Origin: Candidatus Limnocylindria bacterium
GTDB taxonomy: Bacteria; Chloroflexota; Limnocylindria; QHBO01
Direction: 5' to 3'
Assembly: GCA_036556325.1 (NCBI GenBank)
Contig: DATBJR010000043.1
Coordinates: forward strand, 3,285 to 67,284
DNA: 64,000 nucleotides
A program made the position numbers and the translations under genes. This document shows positions 24,287 through 34,165 of this stretch, in pieces (the stretch's first letter is position 1; each line of letters starts with the position of its first letter). The notes beneath the pieces were generated by a model, which made no database searches, had not been told where the DNA came from, and saw nothing but the letters and a program-made list of their open reading frames with translations.

Positions 24287-25377
24287 GGGTCGTCACCGTG
24301 GTCGGTGCCCGTCCGCAGTTCATCAAGGCCGCACCGGTGAGCCGCCAGCTGCGGCCGCGGCACCGGGAGATCCTGGTGCACACCGGCCAGCACTACGACG
24401 ACGCCATGAGCGCAGCCTTCTTCCGCGAGCTCGAGTTGCCGGACCCCGATCTCAACCTGGAGGTCGGCAGCGGGACGCACGGGGCGCAGACGGGGGAGAT
24501 GCTGCGCGCGCTGGAGCCGGTGCTGCTGGAGCACGAGCCCGACGGCGTGCTGGTCTACGGCGACACCAACTCCACTTTGGCCGGCGCACTGGCAGCGGCC
24601 AAGATCGCCTATCCCGGGGGCCGCCGTCCGTGGCTGGCGCACGTGGAGGCGGGGCTGCGCTCGTTCAACCGGGCGATGCCCGAGGAGCGCAACCGCATCG
24701 TCGCCGATCACCTGGCGGACCTGCTGCTGGCGCCGACGCCGGCCGCGGCCAGCCAGCTGTCGGCTGAAGGGCTGGGCGAGCGTACCCGGGTGGTGGGTGA
24801 CGTCATGGCCGATGCCGTCTGCTGGGCCGCCGATCGCGCCGATCTGCACCTGCCCGCCGAGGCCGAGCAGCGACCCGGCTTCGTGCTGCTCACGCTCCAC
24901 CGGGCCGAGAACGTGGATGATCCGCGCCGCCTGGCCGCCTGCCTGGCCATGCTGCCGCACGATCGCCCGGTGATCTGGCCGATCCACCCCCGGACCGCGG
25001 CCGCGCTGAGCGCCGCCGGACTCGCGCCGGCGGCCAACGTCTGCGTGCTCGAGCCGGTCGGCTACCTGCCGATGCTGGCGCTCGAGCGTGCCGCGGCGGC
25101 CGTCGCCACCGACTCCGGCGGCGTGCAGAAGGAGGCCTACCTCGCCGGCACGCCGTGCATCACGCTGCGCGCCGAGACCGAGTGGGTCGAAACCGTCGCT
25201 GCCGGCTGGAACCGGGTCGCCGGCGAGGATCCCGATGCGCTGCGGGCGGCCCTGGCCGATGCGGCGTTCATGGACCGCTCCCGGGCACGGCCCGAGCTCT
25301 TCGGCGACGGCCACGCCGCGGAACGCATCGTCGCCGCGCTGGAGCGGCTTGACGTGGCATTCCCGGCCTCCGGATGA
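24283..25377 (+). CDS. wecB: UDP-N-acetylglucosamine 2-epimerase (non-hydrolysing)
   Basis: VVGARPQFIKAAPV N-terminus, HVEAGLRSFN and DSGGVQKEAY motifs. The GTG at 24283 overlaps the upstream stop (GTGA). The 611-aa track ORF from 23542 is the same frame read through upstream. Confidence 0.9.
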   Translation: MRVVTVVGARPQFIKAAPVSRQLRPRHREILVHTGQHYDDAMSAAFFRELELPDPDLNLEVGSGTHGAQTGEMLRALEPVLLEHEPDGVLVYGDTNSTLAGALAAAKIAYPGGRRPWLAHVEAGLRSFNRAMPEERNRIVADHLADLLLAPTPAAASQLSAEGLGERTRVVGDVMADAVCWAADRADLHLPAEAEQRPGFVLLTLHRAENVDDPRRLAACLAMLPHDRPVIWPIHPRTAAALSAAGLAPAANVCVLEPVGYLPMLALERAAAAVATDSGGVQKEAYLAGTPCITLRAETEWVETVAAGWNRVAGEDPDALRAALADAAFMDRSRARPELFGDGHAAERIVAALERLDVAFPASG

Positions 25378-26372
25378 CCGGCGAGGCGCTCCGCGTCGGG
25401 GTCATCGGCCTGGGGAGCATGGGCCAGCATCACGCCCGGGTCTGGTCGTCGCTGCCCGGTGCCGAGCTGGTGGCGGTCGCCGATCCGCGCGCCGACGTGC
25501 TGGAGCGCGCCACCGCGGCGACCGGCTCGCGCGGGTACGCCGATGCGCTGGAGATGCTGGCTGGCGAACGGCTGGACGTCGTCAGCGTGGCAGCGCCGAC
25601 GTCCCTGCACTGCGAGCTCACGGTGGCCGCCCTGCGCGCCGGGGGCAACGTCCTGGTCGAGAAGCCAATCGCCGCCGACCGGCGCGAGGCGCAGACGATG
25701 ATGGAGGCCGCGGCGGTCGCCGGCCGCCTGCTGACGGTCGGCCATATCGAGCGCTTCAACCCGGCCATCGTCGAACTGCGCCGCCGCCTCGGCCTTGGCG
25801 AGCTGGGCCGCATCTTCGAGGTTCGGGCGGAGCGGCTGGGACCGTTCCCGGACAGGATCCGCGACGTCGGAGTGGTTGTGGACCTCGCGCCCCACGACCT
25901 GGACGTCATGCGCTTCCTGCTCGGCTCGGACCCGGTGCGGGTCTACGCGGAGACCGAGCAGCGCATCCACACCGATCACGAGGACCTCTTCGTGGGCGTG
26001 ATCAAGTTCGCCAACGGCGCGGTCGGCCTGCTCGATATCAACTGGCTGACGCCCACCAAGCAGCGGCGGCTGTCGGTGACGGGTGAAGGCGGGATGTACG
26101 TGGCGGACTACCTGTCGCAGGAGCTGACCTTCTTCGCCAACCCGTCCGATGCCTCCGTCGCGGCGGGTCCGTCGCAGCCGCGCCACATCGAGCGGCGCGA
26201 GCCGCTGGAGGTCGAGCTCGAGGCCTTCGTCGCCGCGGTGCGCGACGGCGGGCCTCCACCGGTCGAACCGCGCGAGGCGCTGGTGGCGCTGCAGCTGGCG
26301 CGGGCCATGGTCGAGGCCGCCAACACCGGCAACGCGCTGAGCGGCCCGGCGCTGGCCGAGGCGCTGCGGTGA
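25374..26372 (+). CDS. Gfo/Idh/MocA-family NAD(P)-dependent oxidoreductase (WbpB-like sugar-nucleotide dehydrogenase candidate)
   Basis: An N-terminal Rossmann segment VGVIGLGSMGQHHAR and a GHIERFNP motif. It overlaps wecB by 4 nt. Confidence 0.85.
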   Translation: MTGEALRVGVIGLGSMGQHHARVWSSLPGAELVAVADPRADVLERATAATGSRGYADALEMLAGERLDVVSVAAPTSLHCELTVAALRAGGNVLVEKPIAADRREAQTMMEAAAVAGRLLTVGHIERFNPAIVELRRRLGLGELGRIFEVRAERLGPFPDRIRDVGVVVDLAPHDLDVMRFLLGSDPVRVYAETEQRIHTDHEDLFVGVIKFANGAVGLLDINWLTPTKQRRLSVTGEGGMYVADYLSQELTFFANPSDASVAAGPSQPRHIERREPLEVELEAFVAAVRDGGPPPVEPREALVALQLARAMVEAANTGNALSGPALAEALR

Positions 26373-26382
26373 GGCGCCGGAC

Positions 26383-27657
26383 ATGAGGATCGCGGTGGTC
26401 GGCCTGGGCCAGATCGGGCTGCCCCTGGCCGTGCAGTACGCGTCGCGGGGCCACGAGGTCATCGGCTGCGACGTCGACGCTCGCGTCGTCGACAGTGTCA
26501 ACCGTGGCGAGCCGCCGCACCCGGGCGAGGCCGAGGTCGACGAGCGGCTGCCTGGTCTGGTGGCGTCGGGTCGGCTGCGGGCGACCACGGACGATCGGGC
26601 CGGGGTGGACGGCGCCGAGACAGTGGTGGTCATCGTGCCGGTGGCCGTGGATGGCGAGCGGCGCATCGACTTCGCCGCGATCGACGGAGCGACGCGCGAC
26701 GTGGGCAGCGGCCTCTCCGCGGGAACCCTTGTCGTATTCGAGACGACCCTGCCGGTGGGGACCACCCGGAACCGGCTGACGCCGGTGCTCGCGGCCGAGA
26801 GCGGCCTCACCCTCGAACGCGACCTCTTCGTCGCCTTCTCGCCGGAGCGCGTCCTGGTGGGCCGCGTGCTGGTCGACCTGCGGCGCTATCCCAAGGTCGT
26901 GGGCGGCATCGGGCCGGAGTCGGCGCGCCGGGCCGTCGGCTTCTACACGGAGGTCCTCGATGCCGGGACAGAGATCCGGACGCTGGCCAGCGCCGAGGCC
27001 GCGGAGATGACGAAGCTGGCGGAGACGACGTACCGCGACGTCAACATCGCACTGGCCAACGAGTACGCCCGTTTCGCCGCGGCGCGCGGGATCGACGTGA
27101 TGGAGGTCATCGACGCCGCCAATTCCCAGCCGTACAGCCACGTGCATCGGCCAGGCGTGGGCGTCGGCGGGCACTGCATCCCGGTCTACCCCTATTTCCT
27201 CTTCACCGATGCACCCGAGATGCGCCTGCCGCCGGCGGCCCGTCGCGTGAACGACGAGATGGCCGCCTGGGCGGTGGCGGCCGCCGACGAGGCCCTGGGC
27301 GGCCTGCGCGGCGTTCCGGTGCTGGTGCTCGGCATCGCCTACCGCGGCGACGTGCGCGAGGATGCCTTCAGCTCCGCCTTCGCCCTGCGCGATGCCCTGC
27401 GCGCGGCCGGCGCCGAGGTGCACGGCCACGATCCCTACTTCGGCTCCGATGAGCTCGCGGCGCGCGGCTTTGCGCCGTGGCGGCCGGGCGACTCGGCGTC
27501 GATTCGCGTCGTCTTCCTGCAGGCGGACCATGCGGCGTATCGCGACCTCGACCTGGGCGCCATCGGCTCGCTGGAGCTGGTGGTCGACGGCCGCAACGCG
27601 CTTGACCCCGATGCCGTGCGCGCCGCGGGCGTCCGCTACCTCGGCATCGGTCGCTGA
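26383..27657 (+). CDS. wecC: nucleotide-sugar dehydrogenase, UDP-N-acetyl-D-mannosamine dehydrogenase (WecC/Cap5O)-like
   Basis: An N-terminal Rossmann segment IAVVGLGQIGLPLA. The catalytic Cys context GVGGHCIPVYPYF is typical of WecC/Cap5O rather than UGDH. It lies downstream of wecB. Confidence 0.8.
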   Translation: MRIAVVGLGQIGLPLAVQYASRGHEVIGCDVDARVVDSVNRGEPPHPGEAEVDERLPGLVASGRLRATTDDRAGVDGAETVVVIVPVAVDGERRIDFAAIDGATRDVGSGLSAGTLVVFETTLPVGTTRNRLTPVLAAESGLTLERDLFVAFSPERVLVGRVLVDLRRYPKVVGGIGPESARRAVGFYTEVLDAGTEIRTLASAEAAEMTKLAETTYRDVNIALANEYARFAAARGIDVMEVIDAANSQPYSHVHRPGVGVGGHCIPVYPYFLFTDAPEMRLPPAARRVNDEMAAWAVAAADEALGGLRGVPVLVLGIAYRGDVREDAFSSAFALRDALRAAGAEVHGHDPYFGSDELAARGFAPWRPGDSASIRVVFLQADHAAYRDLDLGAIGSLELVVDGRNALDPDAVRAAGVRYLGIGR

Positions 27658-27660
27658 TCA

Positions 27661-28452
27661 GTGTCCGAGCAGCAGCAGGTCGGAGCCGCGGAGGCGACCG
27701 CGCATGTAGGACTGGCAGCCGGCCGCGGGGTGTGGGTGGTGCTGCCGACCTACAACGAGCGGGAGAACCTGGAGGCGGTGAGCGCGGCCATCCTGCGCGC
27801 CCTGCCCGAGGGACAGCTGCTGGTGGTGGACGACAGCTCGCCGGACGGGACCGGGCTGCTGGCCGACACGCTCGCCGCCGGTGAGCCGCGGGTGCAGGTG
27901 CTGCACCGGCCCGCCAAGGAGGGCCTGGGGGCCGCGTACCGCGACGGGTTCCGCTGGGCCCTCGGCCAGCCCGGAACGCGGGCGGTGGTGCAGATGGACG
28001 CGGACTTCAGCCACGACCCCGGCGACCTGCCGCGCCTGCTCGCACCGTTGATGCGCGACGCCGACCTCGTCCTCGGCACGCGCTACATCAGCGGGGGCGG
28101 GACCATTGGCTGGCCGCTGTACCGGCAGGTGATCAGCCAGGGCGGGACGCTCTTCGCCCGAACCGTCCTGCTGCTGCCGTATCGCGACCTCACCGGCGGC
28201 TTCAAGGCGTGGCGTCGCGAGCTGCTGGAGGCGGTCCGGCTGCGTGACGCGAACGCGTCGGGCTACGGCTTCCAGATCGAGATGACGTGGTGGTCGCACC
28301 GCCGGGGGGCGAAGATCGTCCAGGTGCCGATCATCTTCCGCGAGCGGGTCGCCGGCCGCTCGAAGATGTCCGGCAGCATCGTGCGCGAGGCACTGCTGCT
28401 GGTGGTCAGGCTGCGACTCGGCGCCATGCTCGATGCCGTGCGACGCCGCTAG
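27661..28452 (+). CDS. GT2 polyprenol-phosphate glycosyltransferase (dolichol/undecaprenol-phosphate mannosyltransferase Ppm1/DPM1-like)
   Basis: VVLPTYNEREN, VVDDSSPDGT and QMDADFSHDP motifs. Confidence 0.85.
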   Translation: MSEQQQVGAAEATAHVGLAAGRGVWVVLPTYNERENLEAVSAAILRALPEGQLLVVDDSSPDGTGLLADTLAAGEPRVQVLHRPAKEGLGAAYRDGFRWALGQPGTRAVVQMDADFSHDPGDLPRLLAPLMRDADLVLGTRYISGGGTIGWPLYRQVISQGGTLFARTVLLLPYRDLTGGFKAWRRELLEAVRLRDANASGYGFQIEMTWWSHRRGAKIVQVPIIFRERVAGRSKMSGSIVREALLLVVRLRLGAMLDAVRRR

Positions 28453-28455
28453 CCG

Positions 28456-28477
28456 GGCTGCCTGCTAGCATGCAGCC
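28456..28477 (+). terminator. GC-rich hairpin (GGCTGC-N10-GCAGCC, containing the palindrome TGCTAGCA) 4 nt after the GT2 stop; possible intrinsic terminator/attenuator, no U-tract
   Basis: The inverted repeat is read directly from the sequence. It lies in the 75-nt gap before the PPIase gene. Confidence 0.3.
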
Positions 28478-28527
28478 TCGCCCATTGGTGTTGACCCCAG
28501 TATCCGTGTGTCCGAGGCGCTCCGAGC

Positions 28528-30264
28528 ATGGCCTTCCGTAACCGTCCGGTTCTCGATCGCAAGCACCGTCCGCGCTGGCAGGACGAGTTGCGCATGCAGC
28601 AGCTGCTGGTCGCGGGCTTCGCCGTCGCGATCGCCATCGCGATCGGCATCTTTGCGGCGGCCGCCTGGAGCTCGTTCTTCGAGTCGAACCTGCGGCAATC
28701 GGCGCTGGTGGGTGGCGTGCCGGTCGACCGCTCGGCGGTGCTGACGCGCGTCAACATCCAGGCCGCCGAGCTGCAGGCCAAGGGCAGCGACCTGGCCTCC
28801 CTGACGGGCGGCATGACCGGCGACCGCTACTCGCAGCAGCTGCAGGGCATCCAGACCGCACTGAACCAGGTGCCGCAGAGCGGCGCCGATTCGCTGGTGA
28901 CCGGCATGGTCCTGGATCGGCGGGCGGCGGACTACGGCCTGAGCGTCACGCCGGCCGCGATCGATGCCGAGGTCGACAAGCGAATGCACCTCCCCGAGCG
29001 CCGCCAGCTGTCCATCATCATGGCCTCTCCCAAGAAGCCCAAGGGTGCCAGGGACAGCGACAAGCCGACCGATGCGGCCTGGGCCGAGGCCAAGCAGCGC
29101 ATCGACGATCTGAAGTCGCAGGTCGACGCCGGCGGCGACTTCGCCGCGCTGGCCAAGGACCAGAGTGACGACGGGAGCAAGTCGAAGGACGGGTCGCTGG
29201 GCTGGGTGCAGGCCGATGACCCGAACTACGCCGACTACTTCACCACGGCCGCCAAGGCGCAGACCGGCGACGTGCTGGGGCCATTCCGCAACGACGCCGG
29301 CTGGTACATCCTCAAGGTCGACGGCATCCGCCAGGCGACCGAGAACGCGACCCTGCGCGACCTGCTCACGGCCAGCGGCGTGAGCGACGCGGCCTATCGG
29401 GACTTCGTCCGGCAGGAGCTGCTGCGCGACCAGTACCAGCACTACTTCGAGACGAAGGTCGTCACCGAGTTCGAGCCGCAGCGCAAGGTCGCCCAGATCG
29501 TCATCACCAAGGATGCGCCAGGCTCCCCGGGCACCAAGCTCCGCCTGCGCCACGTCCTGGTGGCGCCGCTGCCCGGCGAGCCGGACCAGAGCAAGGCCAC
29601 GGCCAAGCAATGGCGGGCCGCGCTCGTCAGGGCCCGCGCGCTGCACGCCGAGCTGGTGAAGCCGGGCGCCAACTGGTGGGAGCTGGCCAAGCAGAGCGAC
29701 GATCCGGGCACGGCGACGCGCGGCGGCGCGCTCGGCTGGGCAGACCCCGGGACGCTGAACCAGCAGTTCGTGCCGGAGTTCGCGCGTGCCGTGCTGCGCA
29801 TGGCGGTCGGCGACACGAGCGAGCCGGTGAAGTCGCAGTTCGGCTACCACATCATCCAGGTCGTCGACCGTCGGACCTCCGTGCAGAGCTTCGCCGATGA
29901 CCTGGCGGCCAAGCTGCAGAAGGATCCCGATGGCTTCGCCGACATGGCCCGCGACCTGAGCGATGACTTCGCCACGGCCGGCGCCGGCGGCGAGCTCGGC
30001 TGGGTGCTCCACTACCAGCTGGCCAATGCGGCCGACGACGCGATCTTCGGGCTCGCCAAGCCAGGTGACGTGTCGGAGGCGGTCGCCACCAAGGGCGAAT
30101 ACACCATCTACAAGCTCGAGGAGGCGGCCGATGACCGCTACGCCACCAGGACGGCGCGCAACAAGGCCAAGGCCGGGTTCGGCAACTGGCTGGACAAGCT
30201 CAAGCAGGACGTCGGCTACTGGCTCGACGCCGAGTTCCTGCCGACCACCACCGCCGTCGGCTGA
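28528..30264 (+). CDS. membrane-anchored peptidyl-prolyl cis-trans isomerase, SurA/PrsA/PpiD-like with multiple parvulin (PpiC) domains
   Basis: N-terminal TM helix. Three repeats of the parvulin signature (GGDFAALAKDQSDDGSKSKDGSLGWV; ELAKQSDDPGTATRGGALGW; MARDLSDDFATAGAGGELGWV). Confidence 0.75.
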   Translation: MAFRNRPVLDRKHRPRWQDELRMQQLLVAGFAVAIAIAIGIFAAAAWSSFFESNLRQSALVGGVPVDRSAVLTRVNIQAAELQAKGSDLASLTGGMTGDRYSQQLQGIQTALNQVPQSGADSLVTGMVLDRRAADYGLSVTPAAIDAEVDKRMHLPERRQLSIIMASPKKPKGARDSDKPTDAAWAEAKQRIDDLKSQVDAGGDFAALAKDQSDDGSKSKDGSLGWVQADDPNYADYFTTAAKAQTGDVLGPFRNDAGWYILKVDGIRQATENATLRDLLTASGVSDAAYRDFVRQELLRDQYQHYFETKVVTEFEPQRKVAQIVITKDAPGSPGTKLRLRHVLVAPLPGEPDQSKATAKQWRAALVRARALHAELVKPGANWWELAKQSDDPGTATRGGALGWADPGTLNQQFVPEFARAVLRMAVGDTSEPVKSQFGYHIIQVVDRRTSVQSFADDLAAKLQKDPDGFADMARDLSDDFATAGAGGELGWVLHYQLANAADDAIFGLAKPGDVSEAVATKGEYTIYKLEEAADDRYATRTARNKAKAGFGNWLDKLKQDVGYWLDAEFLPTTTAVG

Positions 30265-30270
30265 TCGCAC

Positions 30271-31398
30271 GTGGCCGGCTCGCTGGACGCCCTGCTGCGC
30301 TCGGCCGGCCTGGACCCGGCGGACGGTGTCCAGCTGGCCGGCTCGGATCGGCTGACCGGCATCGCCTTCGACCCCTCGCTGCCGCTCGTGCTGCTGCGGC
30401 CGGCCGCCGGCGCGCCAGCCGTTGCCACCGTGGAGACCCTGCCCGGCCGCCACGCGCGCCACGGCCTGCGGGAGGTGCTGCTGGCCCTGTACCCGCATTC
30501 GCATCCGGTCCGGCCGCTGCCGGCCGGTGAGCCGCGACCCCTCGACTCGCTGACGGACGAGGAGCTCCTGGCCGGGGAGTGGCTGCTCCCCGCGCTGCCT
30601 GCGCTCGACAACCTGGCCAGCCCCCACGGGATGGCAGCCATCTCCGCCCGGCTGCGCGACGAGGACGGCTGCCCGTGGGACCGGCGCCAGACCCACGCCA
30701 GCCTGCGGCCATTCGTGCTCGAGGAGGCGTACGAGACGGTGGACGCCATCGAGCACGGCGCCCCGGCCGACCTCGCCGAGGAGCTGGGCGACCTCTTCCT
30801 GCAGATCATCCTGCACGCCCAGCTGGCGGCGGAGGACGGCCAGTTCGACCTGACCGATGTCTACCGCACCCTGGGCGCCAAGATCGTGCGTCGCCATCCG
30901 CACGTCTTCGCCGACGTCGAGGTGGCCGATGCGGCCGAGGTTCTGCGCAACTGGGAGAGCATCAAGGCCGGTGAGCGGGCGGCGGCGGGCGCCGAGCCCT
31001 CGCCGTTCGCCGGCATCGCCCGCGCCCTGCCGGCGCTGCCGGCCAGCCGCGAGATCCAGGAGCGTGCCAGCTCGCTCGGCTGGGACTGGCCGGTCATCGA
31101 GGGCGTGTGGGGCAAGGTGGGCGAGGAGCTGGACGAGCTGCACGGCGCGGCGGCGGCCGGCGACGAGGGCCGGGACCAGCGCCTGCACGAACTGGGCGAT
31201 GTCCTCTTTGCGGTCGTCAACCTGGCCCGCTGGCTGAAGCTGGACCCCGAGGAAGCGCTGCGCGCCGCCAACCGCCGCTGGATCGAGCGCTACCAGCGCG
31301 TGGAGCGACTGGCCGCGGAGCGCGGCCAGGCCCTGGGCGACCTGTCGCCGGACGAGAAGGATGCGCTCTGGAACGAGGTGAAGGTGAAGCCCGCGTGA
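30271..31398 (+). CDS. mazG: nucleoside triphosphate pyrophosphohydrolase MazG with ~115-aa N-terminal extension
   Basis: Two MazG EEXXE-type helices (LEEAYETVDAIE, EELGDLFLQI; LHELGDVLFAVVNLARWL). Confidence 0.8.
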   Translation: MAGSLDALLRSAGLDPADGVQLAGSDRLTGIAFDPSLPLVLLRPAAGAPAVATVETLPGRHARHGLREVLLALYPHSHPVRPLPAGEPRPLDSLTDEELLAGEWLLPALPALDNLASPHGMAAISARLRDEDGCPWDRRQTHASLRPFVLEEAYETVDAIEHGAPADLAEELGDLFLQIILHAQLAAEDGQFDLTDVYRTLGAKIVRRHPHVFADVEVADAAEVLRNWESIKAGERAAAGAEPSPFAGIARALPALPASREIQERASSLGWDWPVIEGVWGKVGEELDELHGAAAAGDEGRDQRLHELGDVLFAVVNLARWLKLDPEEALRAANRRWIERYQRVERLAAERGQALGDLSPDEKDALWNEVKVKPA

Positions 31399-32588
31399 GC
31401 CGGGTGGCGATCGTCGTTCACGCCATCTACCCCGGCGACACCCGGGTCCGCCGCCAGGCCGACGTTCTGCTCGCCGCGGGTCACGAGGTCGACCTCTTCT
31501 GCCTGCGGCAGCCGGGGGAGCCGGCCGAGGAGGCCTCCGGGGGCATGCGCATCCATCGGCTCCCGCTGAACCGCCTCTTCGGCAGCTTTGCCGGCCACCT
31601 GGCCGAGTACGTGGCGTTCGCCGGCCTGGCCACGGTGCGTCTGGCAGCCGAGCACCGGCATCGGCGCTATGGCCTGGTCCAGGTCGCGACGGTGCCCGAC
31701 TTCCTGGCCTTCGCCGCCGCGCCCGTCCGGCTGGCCGGCGTGCCCCTCCTGCTCGACCTGCACGAGGACATGCCCGAGTTCTTCCGCGACCGATTCGCCC
31801 ACCCGCTGCTGCGTCCGCTGCTGCCCGCCGTTACCGCCTCGGCGCGGGCCGCGGCCGCGTTCGCGACCGAGATCATCACCGTGCATGAGCCGCTCCGCCA
31901 GCTGTCGATCGCGCGCGGCGTGCCGGCCGAAAAGGTGCACGTCGTGATGAACGCGCCGGATACCCGCCTGTTCGACGCTGGCCGATACCGGCGTCGGGCA
32001 TTCATGGAGGACGGCGAGCTGCGGCTGATCCATCACTCCAACCTGCAGCGCCTCTACGGCCTGGACCTGGCGGTCGAGGCCGTGGCACAGCTGGATCCCG
32101 ACGCCCTGCCGCACCGGCTGGACGTCTACGGGGATGGGCCCTTCCGGCCGGCCATCGAGGCGGCCGTCGCCCGCACCGGGACCGCCGATCGCGTGCACCT
32201 GCACGGCCGCGTCCTGCTGGACGAGCTGCCCGGCCTGCTGGCCGGTGCGGACATCGGCCTGGTGCCCTCGCGCCCGGAGCCCTATTTGCGCTACTCGCTC
32301 AGCGCCAAGCTGCTCGAGTACGCGGCCATGGGCGTGCCGATCGTCGCCAGCGACCTCGCCACCTTCCGGGCCCACTTCAGCGACGCCGCCATCCGCTACG
32401 TGCCCGGCGGCGATTCAGCCGCGCTGGCGGCAGCCATTCGCGAGCTGGCGGACGATCCCGAGCGCGCCGCGCGCATGGCGGCGGAGGCCCGGCAACAGCT
32501 CGCCGCCTACAGCTGGGAGCTGCAGGCGGCGCGCTACCGGGAGATCGTCGAGCGGCTGCTCGCGCAGCCGGCTACGACACGACGGTGA
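31395..32588 (+). CDS. GT4-family glycosyltransferase
   Basis: GT-B fold C-terminal EX7E-type region (LLEYAAMGVPIVASD). The GTG at 31395 overlaps the mazG stop (GTGA). Confidence 0.85.
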   Translation: MSRVAIVVHAIYPGDTRVRRQADVLLAAGHEVDLFCLRQPGEPAEEASGGMRIHRLPLNRLFGSFAGHLAEYVAFAGLATVRLAAEHRHRRYGLVQVATVPDFLAFAAAPVRLAGVPLLLDLHEDMPEFFRDRFAHPLLRPLLPAVTASARAAAAFATEIITVHEPLRQLSIARGVPAEKVHVVMNAPDTRLFDAGRYRRRAFMEDGELRLIHHSNLQRLYGLDLAVEAVAQLDPDALPHRLDVYGDGPFRPAIEAAVARTGTADRVHLHGRVLLDELPGLLAGADIGLVPSRPEPYLRYSLSAKLLEYAAMGVPIVASDLATFRAHFSDAAIRYVPGGDSAALAAAIRELADDPERAARMAAEARQQLAAYSWELQAARYREIVERLLAQPATTRR

Positions 32589-33930
32589 GCGAGAAGGTGT
32601 CCGCCAAGATCGTGCCGTTCAGGCTCGTCACCGACATGACGATCCTGGCGCGCACGGTGCCTCCCGGCGCCGTCACATTCCGCTCGGACAGCGTCCAGCC
32701 GGTAGGCCCGGTGAACACCGCGATCCCGGTGGTGCCGATCTTCGCGCCGTTGCCTCCGAACCAGACGATGCGGATGCGGTACGTGAAGGTGTCGGTGGTC
32801 GACGGGATCCGCGTCCAGCCGGAGAAGTGGTACGTCTCCCCGGCCACCACGTCATTGAGGTCCTGGCGCACGCTGTAGCTCAGGTCGGCGGTCCCGCGAT
32901 GGCGACCCGAGTACGACCCGTCGTGCTTGGCCAGGCTGGTCCGGGTGAACTGCGCGTTCAGGCGGTCCTTGACCCAGTAGTCCGGCTTGTGGTTGCCGTT
33001 GCGGTCGAGCTCGAAGCCGCCGTTGCGGATCAGGTTCGGCGGGCGCGGCACGGTCCGCAGCTCGACGATCTTGCCGTCGTTCTCGTTCGGGTGGCCGGCG
33101 TTGTCGACGCCGCGGTCGGCGACGTAGAAGCTCTTCTGCGAGGGGCTGATGCTCGACGGTCCGTAGGCCAGGGCCGACGGATGCCTGACCCCCGCGGTCG
33201 ACAGGTCGAAGGCGCGGATGACCGTCCCATCGGCAGGGTTGATCTCCAGGATGTCGGCGTTCTTGCGGTTGGCGACGATGAAGAGCCGATGGTCGGCGAA
33301 CTCGATGCCCTCGATGTCGCTGGCGACGCCGCTCAGGTCGAGCGCGGTGATGACGTCGTCGCTCCCCACGCCCTCGATCTTGCTGTTCGGGCCCGGGTCG
33401 ATCTTGTAGACGAAGCCGGTGCTGCCGTCGCTGACCCACAGGTTGCCATCGCCGAAGGCCAGGCCCTCGGGATCATGGGAAGCCGGCGTGAACAGCGCGG
33501 TCGAGAAGGACCGCCGATGGTCGTCGCTGGTGCCGTAGATGTGGTCCGCGCCGAGGCCCTTGACGTAGATCCGGCCCTTCACCCCGCTGAACGGCAGGTC
33601 ATCAGAGAAGTACCAGACGTTGCGGGTCACGTCGGAGGCGATGTCCGTGGGCTCGCGCGACCACGGCTTGGTGCTCATCGTGCGCTGGACGGTGCCGTGA
33701 CGCGAAATGCGCCAGATGTTCTTGCCCTTGTCGCGAATGGTCTCGTCCACCTCCGAGTCCACCACCAGCAGCTGGCCCTTGAACAGGTCCAAGCCGGTTG
33801 GGTCGGGGCTCGGCGTGCTCCATCTGGAGGTGAAGATCACGTGGCGGACGGCGGTGCTCGTGGCGGCGACCGGCGTCGCGTTGGGCAGGATGACGAACAG
33901 GGCAAAGACGAAGGGCAACAGGCGGCGCAT
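32572..33930 (-). CDS. secreted beta-propeller (NHL/SMP-30-like) protein with C-terminal CBM4_9-like carbohydrate-binding domain
   Basis: Signal peptide MRRLLPFVFALFVILPNATPVAA (start moved to the ATG at 33930). Repeated GxxxGDGNLWVSD-type blades. The C-terminus (NGGFEL..YHFSGWTRI) resembles a CBM4_9 jelly-roll. Confidence 0.6.
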   Translation of the reverse strand: MRRLLPFVFALFVILPNATPVAATSTAVRHVIFTSRWSTPSPDPTGLDLFKGQLLVVDSEVDETIRDKGKNIWRISRHGTVQRTMSTKPWSREPTDIASDVTRNVWYFSDDLPFSGVKGRIYVKGLGADHIYGTSDDHRRSFSTALFTPASHDPEGLAFGDGNLWVSDGSTGFVYKIDPGPNSKIEGVGSDDVITALDLSGVASDIEGIEFADHRLFIVANRKNADILEINPADGTVIRAFDLSTAGVRHPSALAYGPSSISPSQKSFYVADRGVDNAGHPNENDGKIVELRTVPRPPNLIRNGGFELDRNGNHKPDYWVKDRLNAQFTRTSLAKHDGSYSGRHRGTADLSYSVRQDLNDVVAGETYHFSGWTRIPSTTDTFTYRIRIVWFGGNGAKIGTTGIAVFTGPTGWTLSERNVTAPGGTVRARIVMSVTSLNGTILADTFSLTVVS

Positions 33931-34165
33931 TGATTCTCCCCGTGAGCGTGGGCTGGCTCGGTTGATGCCGATGATGGCCGGCGCATGATGCACCATCCGC
34001 TTCGGCGTGTCGACCGGCCGCCAATGGGGTAGGCCGGGGAAGTACCGGTTTCTGTTGACGACCTGCAACGGTCAGCGCGGCCGGACCCCGACCGCGGCCG
34101 ACCGGTTCGTTGTGCACGGCCAAGCCTGCCTGTACCCTCTCGGGCCCAGAGGTCCAGAAAGCCAG

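Noticed and set aside
23542-25377. 611-aa plus-strand ORF apparently fusing the acetyltransferase region with wecB
   Set aside because: The N-terminal 247 aa are an Arg/Pro-rich out-of-context read of the acetyltransferase gene in another frame. A GTG at 24283 overlapping the upstream stop gives a canonical-length UDP-GlcNAc 2-epimerase.
28465-31188. 907-aa minus-strand ORF (and similar long antisense ORFs at 17957-21217, 14241-15992, 42451-44943, 120-1619)
   Set aside because: At >70% GC, antisense frames of real genes are frequently stop-free. These translate to Arg/Ala/Gly/Pro-rich low-complexity sequence with no recognisable domains. The opposite-strand ORFs carry clear family motifs.
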